30,783 nucleotides of DNA. Origin: Coleofasciculus chthonoplastes F2-STO-03 (GTDB lineage: Bacteria; Cyanobacteriota; Cyanobacteriia; Cyanobacteriales; Coleofasciculaceae). This document shows positions 1-10,920 of the stretch, piece by piece (position 1 is the stretch's first letter; every line of letters starts with the position of its first letter). The stretch spans positions 1 through 30,783 of the forward strand of contig JAVJWO010000007.1 in the NCBI GenBank assembly GCA_040222015.1, read 5' to 3'. A program made the position numbers and the translations under genes. The notes beneath the pieces were generated by a model, which was not told where the DNA came from, did no database searches, and was given only the letters and a program-made list of their open reading frames with translations.

Positions 1-133
1 AAATGACAAATGACAAATGACAAATGACAAATGACAAATGACAAATGACAAATGACAAATGACAAATGACAAATGACAAATGACAAATGACAAATGACAA
101 ATGACAAATGACAAATGACAAATGACAAATGAC
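1..133 (+). repeat. STRR-type heptamer tandem array (AAATGAC)x19, cut by the window start
   Basis: 19 perfect units read directly; the ATG of the downstream CDS lies in unit 18. Confidence 0.97.
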
Positions 134-703
134 AAAAATAACTGGCTTTTTATCGCTGAATCTATGGCTATTGCCGCCTCATTTGTCGGGGCGATAGTAG
201 CCGTGATATCTGGACAGATGATTTATGGATTAGCACCGTTAGCTATATCTCTATTACTCAATCTAATTAACCGTCGTCGTGTTGTCCAACTGCTTCGGCG
301 CAAAATCAACGATCGCACTCAAATTGATAACTTAAGCCGAGATATCCAAGCCTTACGTGCAGATGTCGCTCAACTGAAGCAACCTAATTCGAGTCAGATG
401 TCTAGAGAAGAACTGTCTGCTGTTGTTTCTACCGTTGAGGCAATTAATGAAAAGCAAAAAGTGTTACGAGGTTCTCTGACTCCCTTACAATCAAAACTCG
501 ATGAATTGAATCAAAAATTTACCCAGCGTCCCGAATTAGAACAGATTGAAATGTTAGCGGGGATTATTGTCGCCCTCAAACAGAGTATCGATCAGCTTCC
601 CCAACCTGATCGCACCGCCCCTGCTGTCAACCCAGAGCGAGTGGAAACACTAGAACGTGCGATCGCGCAAATCCAACAGGAACTATCACAACTTCAGCCG
701 TAA
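122..703 (+). CDS. hypothetical membrane-anchored coiled-coil protein
   Basis: 193-aa ORF with two N-terminal hydrophobic segments (WLFIAESMAIAASFVGAIVAVISG; IYGLAPLAISLLLNLI) followed by an L/Q/E-rich heptad region. Confidence 0.8.
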   Translation: MTNDKNNWLFIAESMAIAASFVGAIVAVISGQMIYGLAPLAISLLLNLINRRRVVQLLRRKINDRTQIDNLSRDIQALRADVAQLKQPNSSQMSREELSAVVSTVEAINEKQKVLRGSLTPLQSKLDELNQKFTQRPELEQIEMLAGIIVALKQSIDQLPQPDRTAPAVNPERVETLERAIAQIQQELSQLQP

Positions 704-1155
704 GCTATCATAGGGATTGCTGAATCAATCGTGAAGCTATACTATACAAGGGTTTCAAGCCATTTCCCCACCCAACAAGTGCTTTCGTTTTTACACCCTT
801 GAGATCTTGCCTCCTTGGATTGTAAGCCTCCGCGATGGCAAAATCATAGTTTGGATTTATTCTGCTTAGACAGGCAAGGTGTTTCACGTTTAGTTTTTAA
901 ACATTCAATCTTTCTTTCCGAATTTCCTCTTTTTCGTTAATGTAGTGCTTTTTACTTCACATTGAATTACATCCTCTACGTTATAAGACTGAAGCACAGA
1001 GCGGAACACAATTTGCAACATTCGCGTCCATACTAACCACATCGAGCTGTTAATATCCAAAGAACACGCCTCTGATCATTGTGCCAATTGTACAACCTCG
1101 TGCCAAAGCCAAAAACACTATTCCCAGAAATTCCCAACGATGGAATCGCTCAGTT

Positions 1156-1746
1156 ATGAATAAAAGACACCCTTCTCGCCTTACCACTATGTCACCTCTC
1201 TCCTTACTCTCCGACTCCCCGGTAAGTGTCTTGAGACTCTGGCGCTGGGGAACAGCACTTGCCACCGCCGCATTTGCCAGTGGACTATTGATGACTCCCG
1301 CCGTTGACGCTCAATCCGCCGCACCGCAACCCATATTTGAGAACGTAAAACTGGGGCGACGATTTTCACCTGATCCGTTGATTATTCGGGGGATCAGTGG
1401 CGGTTCCGTTTCAACCCCAGATGTTTCGGGTCGTAGAGAAACACCAACTGGTTCTTGTATCGGATTTATTGATGAGCAGCCTGATCATATCCTAGAGTTA
1501 ACGTCTTTTTTCAACTATCTCAGCTTACAAGTAGAAAGCCCGGAGGATACCACTCTATTGGTGAGGGGTCCTGGTGGAAGTTGGTGTAATGATGATGCTG
1601 ACGGCAAAAATCCTGGAATTTCGGGTCAGTGGCTAGCGGGAGAATATAAAGTTTGGGTTGGCTCTTTTCAAGAAGATAAGTATCATCCCTACGTGATTCG
1701 GATTAGCGAAGTTCAACTGCTTAATCCAGGACCTTCTCGGCGTTGA
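1156..1746 (+). CDS. putative secreted protein with a PPC-like beta domain (start uncertain: GTG 1081, ATG 1156 or ATG 1189)
   Basis: Signal-like segment ALATAAFASGLLMTPAVDA-Q, then CIGFIDEQPDH...DTTLLVRGPGGSWCNDD...GEYKVWVGS. Confidence 0.75.
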   Translation: MNKRHPSRLTTMSPLSLLSDSPVSVLRLWRWGTALATAAFASGLLMTPAVDAQSAAPQPIFENVKLGRRFSPDPLIIRGISGGSVSTPDVSGRRETPTGSCIGFIDEQPDHILELTSFFNYLSLQVESPEDTTLLVRGPGGSWCNDDADGKNPGISGQWLAGEYKVWVGSFQEDKYHPYVIRISEVQLLNPGPSRR

Positions 1747-1769
1747 AGGTGAGGGGTTGGGTGAGATGG

Positions 1770-1845
1770 AGAGCAGGGGGAGCAGGGGGAGCAGAGGTAG
1801 CTGGGGGGGCGGGGGAAGCCGGGGAAGCTGAGGAAGCCGAGGGAG
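1770..1845 (+). repeat. degenerate G-rich 9-mer tandem repeats (GGGGGAGCA / GGGGAAGCC)
   Basis: gagcagggggagcagggggagcag...ggggaagccggggaagctgaggaagccg. Confidence 0.7.
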
Positions 1846-1850
1846 TGTGT

Positions 1851-1910
1851 GTAGGGGCGGGTTTTACCATTAACATTGGGTTGTCACCCTGATATCCCTA
1901 AACCCGCCCC
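1851..1910 (+). repeat. REP-like element GTAGGGGCGGGTTT-N-AAACCCGCCC
   Basis: Inverted arms around a variable core; same family at 9017, 12578, 12650 and 19242. Confidence 0.85.
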
Positions 1911-1963
1911 GTGAGAAGCGCAAGTCATCTTCAACAAATGACAAAGGACGTATCTTGCTTCTT

Positions 1964-2054
1964 TAGGACTTACGCAAAGCCTCTATGTGTAGGGTGTGTT
2001 AGCGTAGCGTAACGCACCTTTGCCACGATATGTGGTGTAGCTGCGTAAGTCCTG
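1964..2054. mobile_element. MITE with 12-bp TIR AGGACTTACGCA and 5-bp flanking duplication TTCTT, containing a GTAG REP hairpin
   Basis: aggacttacgca 1965-1976, tgcgtaagtcct 2042-2053, TTCTT at 1959-1963 and 2055-2059; internal gtagggtgtgttagcgtagcgtaacgcacc. Confidence 0.8.
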
Positions 2055-2139
2055 TTCTTTTCGGGCAGTTTGAGTAATTCTGAATTAAATTCCAGTGGTT
2101 TTAAAAGCTATGAAAGTTTATTGGGCTGTTCTTATCACT

Positions 2140-5100
2140 TCATAAAATCTCTTTCAAATGCTGACGTTTGCTTTGTAACGCCACCTTGACCTGTTCATAT
2201 TCCTGATCGATTTGTGTCAATAGACGACTGGTTAACGTCAGTGGATTATCGGTTTCATCTTCAATGTCTATCTTTTCTAACTGTTTACAAAGTTCAGAAA
2301 GGTTAATCGCACCAACCGTACCACTGGTAGATTTGAGACTGTGAGCGGCTTGTTGATAAGTGCTTAGCGTCTCAGGTGACAATGTATTCGTTTTCTGTGA
2401 ATTCAGTGCTTGGTTCATCACCCCCAACAACTGAGCGCCTTCGTCCAAAAAGCTATCAATAACTTGGATTAATACCTGATCATCTTTGACCATATCGCAC
2501 AATTGTTGAAAAGCTTGGGCATCAATGACATCATGGTCGTCTAAACCGTGATTATTGTCTTGTACCTGGCTTTTTTGTGCTTGGGTTTGGAGACTTTGTT
2601 CGCTGCCTGCTGTCTTCTGGGAACTCTGAGTCTCTTGTTCTTTTTTTGGCACGCCCTGCAACGATCGCACCAGTTCCTCGACCCGAATTGGCTTGCTGAT
2701 ATAATCGTTCATACCGGCTTGCAAACAGGTTTCGCGATCGCCGCGCATGGCATTAGCCGTCATCGCTATGATATAAGGACGGTTTTCCGGTGACCATTCC
2801 TGGCAGATGCGCTGAGTTGCTTTCAAACCATCCATTTCCGGCATTTGCACATCCATTAATACCACATCATAAGACTGGCGGTGCAATGCTTCGAGGACTT
2901 CTAACCCGTTAGCGGCGACATCCGCCCGATACCCCATACGGCTGAGGATATGTAGTCCCACTTGCTGGTTAACCACATTATCCTCCGCCAACAAAATCCG
3001 CAATGGTTTATTGGCAGCCATGTACGGATCAATGGTTGGGGCAATCTCACAGGTTGACCGTATTTTCACCGGTTGACCGACTAATACATCCATCAGCACA
3101 TTGTAGAGTTGAGACTGCTTAATCGGCTTGGTGAGAAATGCAGCAAACTTGGCTTGATCCAGTTGAGAACTGTTTTCCGGCTTGCCAATTGAGGTTAACA
3201 TAACCAAGGGAATCTCTTTGCCATTCGGCTGTTGGCGTATCTGTGAGGCAAGATTGACCCCATCCATTCCGGGCATGTGCATATCCAGAATCGCTAAGTC
3301 AAATGTCTCCCCTTGCCTTAACCAATCTAATGCCTCATTGCCCGACTCAGCCGCACGGGTCAGCACCCCCCACGATTGACCTTGTAGAGTTAAAATGCGG
3401 CGATTTGTAGCATTATCATCTACGATTAACATCCGCTTCCCTTCAATCTGAGGTTGCCGGAGATCCAAATTACTGAGATTATCAATTTGACAGACAGGGG
3501 CAACAATCGTGAAGAAAAAGATTGAACCCTTGCCCACTTCACTTTCTACCCAAATTCTCCCCCCCATCATTTCACTCAACCGCTTGGATATCACTAACCC
3601 TAATCCTGTACCCCCATAGTGGCGACTGGTGGAAGAATCGACTTGACTAAAGGCTTTAAATAACCGATCTAAGCGATCTGGAGGAATGCCAATCCCCGTA
3701 TCTTTCACCGCAAACAAAATTTCATATTGTTGTTCTTTATTAGTCCTATGAGAAAGTTGCTCTAATGACTGAGGACTTACCCGCTTAGAGGACACCGAAA
3801 CTGTCACTTCTCCCTGATGGGTAAATTTGAGGGCATTACTGAGCAAATTAACCAGGATTTGCCGCAGTCGGGTAATATCGCCGCGAATCGTGTTGGGGGT
3901 CTGAGGATCAAATAGATACGCCAGTTCTATGCCCTTTTCTGCGGCTTTTGGCGTTAGCAGATCCAGAGATTCTTCGATACAGGTTCGCAGATTAAAGGGT
4001 TGTTCCTCCAACTCCAGTTTGCCGGACTCAATTTTGGAGAAGTCGAGGATATCATTAATAATCGTCAGCAGGGCTTCGCCACTGTGGCGGATTGTTTCGG
4101 CAAATTCGGCTTGTTCCTGATCCAGTGGCGTATCCAACATCAGTCCCGTCATGCCAATCACTGCATTCATTGGCGTGCGAATTTCATGACTCATGATTGC
4201 CAGAAAGTCACTTTTGGCGCGGTTGGCAGCTTCAGCAACCTGTTTAGCTTTTTCTAAGGCTAAGTTTTGTTCGGCTAACTGTTGTCGTTGGTGCTTTTCT
4301 TGTTCCAGGAGTTCAGCTTGGGCAAGGGCAATTCCCACTTGATCGGCAACGGCTTCGAGTAATTCAATTTCATCATTACTCCATTGGCGAAACTGATCAC
4401 ACTGATGCAGACAAATCACCCCATTGGGTTTTTCCTTATAGGAGGTGCGAACGACTAACATGGATTTCAGGTTTACCTGGTCACACATTCCCGTGGCATT
4501 TTGTAACAAGGGATCGTTGTAAACATTGTTAGAGGCGATCGCGCGATCGGCGGCTAGTACCTGTTGAATGTGCGGATTGTCAGCCACCGGAATCTGGACA
4601 TTGAGGATAGAGGAGTAACCGGGTTCTAAATATTCGGCAACAAACGGGATTTTGGGTGCAGGGGAAGCGACGTAGGTGTGAATGACGGAACGGTTGACGC
4701 GAAAGGCTTGACCAATTTGAGTGGCGGTGGTTTGAAAAATTTGTTGGGCGTCTAAACTTTGACGAATGTCTTGGGTGATTTGTTTAAGCAGTAATGAACG
4801 CTGGAGTTGCTGTTGTAAGGCGGCTTCTGCTTGTCTGCGTTCGGTTAAATCCGCCTGGGCTTGTTGATACAGTTCCGATTGCTGTACCGCAATGGTAACT
4901 TGCGTGGCAAGTTGTACCAGCAACTCTGTCTCTTGAGGCTGCCAATGTCGGGGAAGATTACAATGGTGGGCAATCAGCAGTCCCCACAATTTTTGTCCCT
5001 GTATAATCGGTACGACTAAATTTGCCCTCACCTGTAAATTGGCAAGAAAGTTACGATAACAAGACTCTAGATTAGCCGTGTGGATATCCTCCAGGGTGTG

Positions 5101-7896
5101 GATATAACCCTTTTGGTAACGCACCGCCGACTTCTCGCCAAAGCAGGGATCAAAAATCGTGCGCCCCAATACCGATAACTCTTTCACGGCGACAGACTCT
5201 ACTTCGACTACGCCACTCCAATCGGGATTGAAGCGGTAAATTAACACCCGATCCGTTTGCAGGAAGTGACGCACTTCCGTTACCGTCGTGTTCAGAATCT
5301 CGGTTAAGTTTAACGATTGGCGAATGCGACGCGCGATCGCACTAATTAATCGTTCTCGTTCGGCTTGCTGTCGGAGGGCGGTTTCCGCCTGTTTGCGTTC
5401 CACCAGTTCAGTGGATAACTGCTGATATAATTCAGACTGTTGAATCGCGATCGCGACTTGGGTGGCTAGTTGCTGCAGCAGATCAATATCAACGGTTTGC
5501 CAATGGCGAGGATGATGACAATGGTGGGCAATCAGTAGCCCCCATAATTGGCTTCCCTGTAGAATTGGGACGACTAGGTTTGCCCTGACGTGAAGATCGG
5601 CTAAAAAGTCTCGATAACAGGTGGCAATATCTGCCGTGTGAGTATCTTCCAGGGTATTAATATAACCCTGTTGATAACGTACCGCCGACTTCTCGCCAAA
5701 GCAGGGATCATAAATGGTTTGTCCCAACATGGATAACGTTTCTGATTCCACTGACTCAACAGCCACCACACCACTCCAATCGGGATTGAAGCGATAAATT
5801 AACACCCGATCTGTTTGCAGGAAGTGCCGCACTTCCGTTACCGTCGTATTCAGAATCGTCTCCAAGTCTAACGACTGATGAATCCGCAACGCGATCGCTC
5901 GAATTAACCGTTCCCGTTCGGCTTGTTGCTGCGACGCGGTTTCTGAGTGCAAGCGTTCAGTCACATCTTGAATTAAGGCTAAGATATGAGTCTGATTCTC
6001 TGAGGTTTCAATTCTGGATGTGGAGATCGATAAAATACGGTGGCTGCCATCCGCCCGAACGATGTCCCATTCCTCAGCGACTAAATCCTCCCCCCGTTGC
6101 ATTTGAGCAACTCGCTTAACGGCTTGGCTTCGTTGTTTCGGATCGGGATAGAATGTCTGATACCAGCCTCGACGGTTGATTTCATCAACGGTATAACCGG
6201 TAATCTCAACCATCTGCTGATTCCAAACTGTGAAGCCGATATAGGGATAGGTGTCAATACTATGGCAGACACACACGCCTTCTCCCATCCGTTCGATTAG
6301 TTGGGTTTTAAAGGAATACTCAGCTTGTAAAGTTGCCTCCGCTTGTTTGCGATCGGTAATATCGGTATGAGTCCCCACCATGCGGATCACTCGATCCGCA
6401 GCATCTTTTTTGTGAATTGCCCGAGACAAAATATAAACGGTTGATCCGTTTTTATGATGGAAGCGTTGGACGGCTTGGAAGCGAGAGACTTTACCACTGT
6501 TATAGTCTTCAATTAGCTTTAACGCCGCCACCCGATCCTCATCAAAAATGACCTTCTCCCAAGACGCCAATTCATTCGGTAATTCCCAATCGGCGTAACC
6601 TAGCATTTCTTTCCATCGGGAAGAGAAATAAATTTCCCCGGTAATCATATTCCAGTCCCAAAATCCATCTTGGGAGGCGCGAAGGATTAATTCCAGCCGT
6701 TCGGTTGCAGTTTTGATGATATTGGCAACCTGAGGCGGATCAATTATTTGATCGTCTGGAGTTTCCACTAATGAAGAGGAGGGAAGACAACGGGATGCTG
6801 AGGTGGTTTCTGTCAACTCACTCAATTCCCTTTGCCAGTCTTTCCCGTTTAAAGTGGGAGTGTTGGCTATTTGCTGAATCAACTGCAAACGCTGATGACT
6901 CGTTCCCAGAGTTGTTTCAGCTTGGCTTAAGTCATTCAGAGTTTGCTGAAGTTGGTCGGCTTGTTGATTAATCGTTTGCTGTAATTGCTCAACTTGATTC
7001 AGCAGTGCTAGAGGATTCAACGCTTTAATGATGTTAGTGGCAGTAAAAATACCGATAAAGGATTCTGGAGATTGGTAGACGAATTGAGGAATTTGCCCAA
7101 CCTGCCGCATCTGTTCAAGTCCCTGCCACAAGGAATCATCCGGATGGAGACTCAAAGGGGGAGCTTTGATCACCATAGATACGGGTGTTTTTGACAAGTC
7201 GAGTCCCAATATAGATAGTTGTAAACAGTAGATTAAATCATAATCTGTAATTAATCCTACCGGTAAAGACGATTTTCCCTGATTTGTATCGTTGGTTACG
7301 GTTTCCTGTATCAATACAGCACAAGTTTCCTGAGTCTTAATCAGCTGTCGGGCGAGTTCCAGAACAGAGGTCGTCAATGGGATTTTTAACCCAGAAATCG
7401 TCATTACCGTCGCCACCGATTGTGACTGGAGCAAATGCAGTTCCGGTAAACCTTGACAAATAGTATTTTCTGTGATTAAACCAATAAGTTTACCTGTCTC
7501 ATCCAAAACTGGGAGATGATCAATCGAATAGCTCTCAAAAAGGGATAATGCAGTAAACAGATGACAGGAATTTGAGAAGGTCAAAGTAATCGGCGATCGC
7601 ACCATCACATCAACCACCTGAGTGTCTTGAAAATTCATCCCAGCCAGCATCAGCTTAATCAAGTCTCGTGTGGTGACTATCCCGATCAACGCCGAATTTT
7701 CGGTCACTAAAAGGCAGCAATGGGAACGTTTTGGTTCTCTGGCAATTTGCCCCGACTGGTACGCCGACAAGGATTGTCCTTGATTTAATAACGCGATCGC
7801 TTCAACTAGAGTTGCTTCAGCCTCAATCGTGAGGGGATGATAGTCAATAAAATGCTCTAAAGCAGGTAAGGTAATGGCGGTGATGTCAGGCTGCAT
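2140..7896 (-). CDS. hybrid sensor histidine kinase: CBS-PAS-PAS-GAF(CBCR)-GAF(CBCR)-GAF-HisKA-HATPase-REC-REC-Hpt (likely start ATG 7896; ORF extends to 7932)
   Basis: H-box [41 protein letters not shown] motifs [10 protein letters not shown] and [10 protein letters not shown]; Hpt [24 protein letters not shown]...[12 protein letters not shown]; two GAFs with DPCF and CY motifs. Confidence 0.95.
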   Translation of the reverse strand: MQPDITAITLPALEHFIDYHPLTIEAEATLVEAIALLNQGQSLSAYQSGQIAREPKRSHCCLLVTENSALIGIVTTRDLIKLMLAGMNFQDTQVVDVMVRSPITLTFSNSCHLFTALSLFESYSIDHLPVLDETGKLIGLITENTICQGLPELHLLQSQSVATVMTISGLKIPLTTSVLELARQLIKTQETCAVLIQETVTNDTNQGKSSLPVGLITDYDLIYCLQLSILGLDLSKTPVSMVIKAPPLSLHPDDSLWQGLEQMRQVGQIPQFVYQSPESFIGIFTATNIIKALNPLALLNQVEQLQQTINQQADQLQQTLNDLSQAETTLGTSHQRLQLIQQIANTPTLNGKDWQRELSELTETTSASRCLPSSSLVETPDDQIIDPPQVANIIKTATERLELILRASQDGFWDWNMITGEIYFSSRWKEMLGYADWELPNELASWEKVIFDEDRVAALKLIEDYNSGKVSRFQAVQRFHHKNGSTVYILSRAIHKKDAADRVIRMVGTHTDITDRKQAEATLQAEYSFKTQLIERMGEGVCVCHSIDTYPYIGFTVWNQQMVEITGYTVDEINRRGWYQTFYPDPKQRSQAVKRVAQMQRGEDLVAEEWDIVRADGSHRILSISTSRIETSENQTHILALIQDVTERLHSETASQQQAERERLIRAIALRIHQSLDLETILNTTVTEVRHFLQTDRVLIYRFNPDWSGVVAVESVESETLSMLGQTIYDPCFGEKSAVRYQQGYINTLEDTHTADIATCYRDFLADLHVRANLVVPILQGSQLWGLLIAHHCHHPRHWQTVDIDLLQQLATQVAIAIQQSELYQQLSTELVERKQAETALRQQAERERLISAIARRIRQSLNLTEILNTTVTEVRHFLQTDRVLIYRFNPDWSGVVEVESVAVKELSVLGRTIFDPCFGEKSAVRYQKGYIHTLEDIHTANLESCYRNFLANLQVRANLVVPIIQGQKLWGLLIAHHCNLPRHWQPQETELLVQLATQVTIAVQQSELYQQAQADLTERRQAEAALQQQLQRSLLLKQITQDIRQSLDAQQIFQTTATQIGQAFRVNRSVIHTYVASPAPKIPFVAEYLEPGYSSILNVQIPVADNPHIQQVLAADRAIASNNVYNDPLLQNATGMCDQVNLKSMLVVRTSYKEKPNGVICLHQCDQFRQWSNDEIELLEAVADQVGIALAQAELLEQEKHQRQQLAEQNLALEKAKQVAEAANRAKSDFLAIMSHEIRTPMNAVIGMTGLMLDTPLDQEQAEFAETIRHSGEALLTIINDILDFSKIESGKLELEEQPFNLRTCIEESLDLLTPKAAEKGIELAYLFDPQTPNTIRGDITRLRQILVNLLSNALKFTHQGEVTVSVSSKRVSPQSLEQLSHRTNKEQQYEILFAVKDTGIGIPPDRLDRLFKAFSQVDSSTSRHYGGTGLGLVISKRLSEMMGGRIWVESEVGKGSIFFFTIVAPVCQIDNLSNLDLRQPQIEGKRMLIVDDNATNRRILTLQGQSWGVLTRAAESGNEALDWLRQGETFDLAILDMHMPGMDGVNLASQIRQQPNGKEIPLVMLTSIGKPENSSQLDQAKFAAFLTKPIKQSQLYNVLMDVLVGQPVKIRSTCEIAPTIDPYMAANKPLRILLAEDNVVNQQVGLHILSRMGYRADVAANGLEVLEALHRQSYDVVLMDVQMPEMDGLKATQRICQEWSPENRPYIIAMTANAMRGDRETCLQAGMNDYISKPIRVEELVRSLQGVPKKEQETQSSQKTAGSEQSLQTQAQKSQVQDNNHGLDDHDVIDAQAFQQLCDMVKDDQVLIQVIDSFLDEGAQLLGVMNQALNSQKTNTLSPETLSTYQQAAHSLKSTSGTVGAINLSELCKQLEKIDIEDETDNPLTLTSRLLTQIDQEYEQVKVALQSKRQHLKEIL

Positions 7897-8168
7897 AATA
7901 ATTAGGTAGGGCGCAGGCTGTAGCTGGAACAAACAAACTCCAAGGCTGTAAAGTTTATGCTATATACTTTTTCTCTCTCCTCTTGATTAACTGTAGGACT
8001 ATTTCCGTCACACTGCCCTAGAAGCAGATACCTATTCTTTATACTGCCAAACTTTGAAAAAATCCGCAGCCTCTTCTCCAGAGGTAAGAACTTATTTTTT
8101 CTTAACTTTGGTTATATCATGTCCGGTTGAATCCAGTTCTCCCATAGGCAAATCTCTCCAAATGTCCA

Positions 8169-8903
8169 CTAAACCTCCAAATCCAAATCGGGTTCAACAC
8201 CAAGCGATCGCAATTGTTCTACCAACCTCTCTACCCGTCGCCTTTCTCGTTCTGAGGGAGTCAAAATCCAGTTGCTTTGTGCATCATACCAACGTAACCA
8301 GATGCGATCGCATTCCCCATAGAAACCCTGCCACAGTCCTAACCCTAGCTGAATATCGTTCATCCACACACGCGGTTCGCTCAAGTCTAACTCGGTGTAG
8401 CTACTACCCATTAACTGAAACGCTCTTAGCTGGTTCGTGCGACCATTAAACACGATATAATAGGGAACGCGCAAAATACGTTCATAGACTTCCCACTTTG
8501 TCGGCGGTTGATTTGCTTCCCGCAGCGTTTGTCCCAAGTCTTCTTTTTCAGTACCTGGTGAAATCAGTTCTACCACGACAAAGGGATTAACTTCTTCTTG
8601 CCACACCACATAGCTCATTCGTAAATCCCGTTGTTCGTAGAGTCTATCAACCCCCACCACTGCAAACCAGTCAGGACGTTTATACCAATTGGTTTGACGT
8701 GGATTGTAGTAAAGATTCAAATCGCTGGCAACAAAAATGCGATCAGTTGGGTAGTTGGGAGGGGATAAAGTATCTTCAAGGAAACGCGCTTGTAGGAGGT
8801 GATATTTGTCAGGCAAACCAGGTTCCTCTGGGTCTTCACTCTTGAGATCATACATTGTCGGCAAAACTTTTTTCGGGTCTTGAGGCGGGTTAGTTTGAAA
8901 CAT
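8169..8903 (-). CDS. Uma2 (DUF820) family PD-(D/E)xK endonuclease (start 8903, or 8915 inside the repeat)
   Basis: LPTMYDLKSEDPEEPGLPD, RPDWFAVVGV, VVVELISPGT, KWEVYERILRVPYY. Confidence 0.9.
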   Translation of the reverse strand: MFQTNPPQDPKKVLPTMYDLKSEDPEEPGLPDKYHLLQARFLEDTLSPPNYPTDRIFVASDLNLYYNPRQTNWYKRPDWFAVVGVDRLYEQRDLRMSYVVWQEEVNPFVVVELISPGTEKEDLGQTLREANQPPTKWEVYERILRVPYYIVFNGRTNQLRAFQLMGSSYTELDLSEPRVWMNDIQLGLGLWQGFYGECDRIWLRWYDAQSNWILTPSERERRRVERLVEQLRSLGVEPDLDLEV

Positions 8904-8910
8904 AATTTTT

Positions 8911-9012
8911 GTCATTCGTCATTGGTCATTGGTCATTGGTCATTGGTCATTGGTCATTCGTCATTCGTCATTTGTCATTCGTCATTTGTCATTGGTCATT
9001 TGTCATTTGTCA
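8911..9012 (-). repeat. heterogeneous STRR heptamer array GTCATT(T/G/C), about 15 units
   Basis: Read directly; reverse complement of the AAATGAC family. Confidence 0.95.
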
Positions 9013-9016
9013 AGTC

Positions 9017-9076
9017 GGGGCGGGTTTATTTACATCTGGGTGTAACCGAAAAGATAGTAGTGAAACCCGCCCCTAC
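9017..9076 (-). repeat. REP-like element (GGGGCGGGTTT...AAACCCGCCCCTAC)
   Basis: Inverted arms; GTAG end on the minus strand. Confidence 0.85.
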
Positions 9077-9095
9077 ACAATTTGCCTCATCTGAC

Positions 9096-9139
9096 ACACC
9101 GAGCGTGTTACCGAGCGAAGTCGAGGTAAGTCGAGGTGT
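9096..9139 (+). repeat. small dispersed repeat ACCGAGCGAAGTCGAGGT apparently nested inside a copy of itself
   Basis: acaccgagcgtg-[ttaccgagcgaagtcgaggtaa]-gtcgaggtgt. Confidence 0.65.
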
Positions 9140-9171
9140 TCCCCCATCTCCCCCATCTCCCAGAGTAGGAG

Positions 9172-10524
9172 TTACAACGCCCCTGCCGCCGTTCGGTCAA
9201 AAATATCTCCAGAAAGGTGAGTGGTAATATTCATCGCCTGGACAGCAGGTAACTTCTCTAACCCTTGACCATATTCAATCACACTCACACCACCATTCCC
9301 TTGTTTAATACTCCAGAATGATTCTGAACTCAATCCCAAGACATGGCAAAGAATGACTTTATTAATCGCATCATGAGCAACAACTAAACCCGTCTTGAGT
9401 TCTGAATCAGCCATTCCAGCTTTGACCTGAATCATCCTATCCCAAGCGGCTGTAGCCCTCTCCCATACTTGGTTTAAATTTTCACCATTGGGCATTTGTA
9501 CCGTCGCTGGGTCTACTTTCCATTGATGCAATAAATCGGCGTATTCTTGGTTAATTTCTGACTCTAACTTCCCTTCCCAACGTCCATGATTAATTTCGCG
9601 AAACTTGTCTTCCAGTTCTAGCGTAATACCACTGTGATACTGAAGAATCAATTCAGCCGTTTCCTTGGGACGTAGCATCGGACTGGTCACCGCAAAATCA
9701 ATCGGGATATCTTTAAGAAACTCAGCCACCTGCTGTCCCTGTTGACGCCCATTTTCATTTAACGGCACATCAATACCACCTTGGAAGCGGGAGACACGAT
9801 TCCACTCGGTTTCCCCGTGACGTACCAGCAGCAGACGTAACCCCCCATTACTAGGGCGAGGCGTCGGTAACGGCGTACCGACATGAGAGGTTTGATTGAG
9901 AGACTCTAATTGCACGGGTTCACCCCAACCCCCCGTAAAATTCAGAACATTAATGCAACAGTTGGATTGTAAGACGGACTGGTAACGGGCGGGAGAAATA
10001 CCCAAAGCGCTACTCAGCAAACAGCGGTTAATACCATTGTGTGCCACGATTAAAATCGTGCCACCTGGGTGGCGGGGTAGAATCTCTTGCCAGAATTGCT
10101 GCGCTTGTTGATAAAGTGCCAAGACAGGAAAATGCTTCCGGGTTCCCTCCGGTGTAGAAATCTCCATATAGAAGTCCTCCGGGCGTTCTTTCCAGCACCG
10201 ATAGTCCGCCGGGAATTTTGCCTGGGCGTCTGATTTCGCCAGTTTTTCCCACAAAGGCAAATCAACTTCCATCAGGTTTTCGGCTGGCTGGAGAGGGGGT
10301 GAGCCAGACAAATAGGGTAGAATGACCTCTGCGGTCTGCTTCGCTCGTTGGAGAGGAGAGCAATAGACAGCATCAAGGCTCAAGCTACTGAGGGCAGCAC
10401 CCACCTTACGGGCATCATCAGCCCCTTTTTCTGTTAACACGGACTCATCACAGCGTCCTTGAATGAGTTGCTGGGCATTATAGCTGCTCTGACCGTGCCG
10501 TACAATAATGACGCGAGTAGTCAA
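9172..10524 (-). CDS. tandem-domain histidine phosphatase (GpmB-like / phosphoserine phosphatase-like), TTG start
   Basis: Two RHG motifs (IVRHGQS, LVRHGETEWN), SPLQRA and SPMLRP, VAHNG and VAHDA. Confidence 0.92.
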   Translation of the reverse strand: MTTRVIIVRHGQSSYNAQQLIQGRCDESVLTEKGADDARKVGAALSSLSLDAVYCSPLQRAKQTAEVILPYLSGSPPLQPAENLMEVDLPLWEKLAKSDAQAKFPADYRCWKERPEDFYMEISTPEGTRKHFPVLALYQQAQQFWQEILPRHPGGTILIVAHNGINRCLLSSALGISPARYQSVLQSNCCINVLNFTGGWGEPVQLESLNQTSHVGTPLPTPRPSNGGLRLLLVRHGETEWNRVSRFQGGIDVPLNENGRQQGQQVAEFLKDIPIDFAVTSPMLRPKETAELILQYHSGITLELEDKFREINHGRWEGKLESEINQEYADLLHQWKVDPATVQMPNGENLNQVWERATAAWDRMIQVKAGMADSELKTGLVVAHDAINKVILCHVLGLSSESFWSIKQGNGGVSVIEYGQGLEKLPAVQAMNITTHLSGDIFDRTAAGAL

Positions 10525-10660
10525 TCCTTTTGCTCCTATGTGACCAATTCTATAAATAGTAGCCAGATTAACCCAAATGCTGGTAGCATCCTTGGGGCAT
10601 CTTCAAAGATCAGGGTCATTTTCAGTGTAACCGCACACCTGCTGTGCAAAAAGGCGGGGA

Positions 10661-10724
10661 AGCATGTAGAGACGTAGCATGCTACGTCTGGGAGCATGTA
10701 GAGACGTAGCATGCTACGTCTGGG
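10661..10724 (+). repeat. exact 32-bp tandem duplication; each unit carries a GTAG REP with the perfect 20-bp palindrome AGACGTAGCATGCTACGTCT
   Basis: Palindromes at 10670-10689 and 10702-10721. Confidence 0.9.
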
Positions 10725-10866
10725 AGCTGGGGAAGACGTCATTTTTCCTGTGTATCTTTCCTATCAACAGGGTTTCAAGACTTCCCGTGAAAAGCCAGAA
10801 CGCGACAGATTACGTCTGAAACAAAAACAGTGACGTTTGTTACTAAATATTTTTTTAAGACTTTAG

Positions 10867-10905
10867 AACTTATGACTTATTATTTATGACTTATGACTTA
10901 TTACT
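10867..10905 (+). repeat. degenerate heptamer array (ACTTATG)n
   Basis: aacttatgacttattatttatgacttatgacttattact, just upstream of the CPBP gene. Confidence 0.65.
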
Positions 10906-10920
10906 TTTTTGGGGGGGTTC

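Noticed and set aside
711..870. Possible degenerate MITE (gattgctgaatcaatc ... gatttattctgc)
   Set aside because: Inverted ends are too poor and no target duplication is visible
2548..6971. Short ORFs inside the kinase gene
   Set aside because: Antisense or off-frame to a well-supported CDS and without recognisable motifs
8799..9227. ORFs with SFVICHL/SLVIGHW repeats (also 8909-9094, 24225-24416, 24295-24489)
   Set aside because: Stop-free translations of heptamer arrays with no protein features
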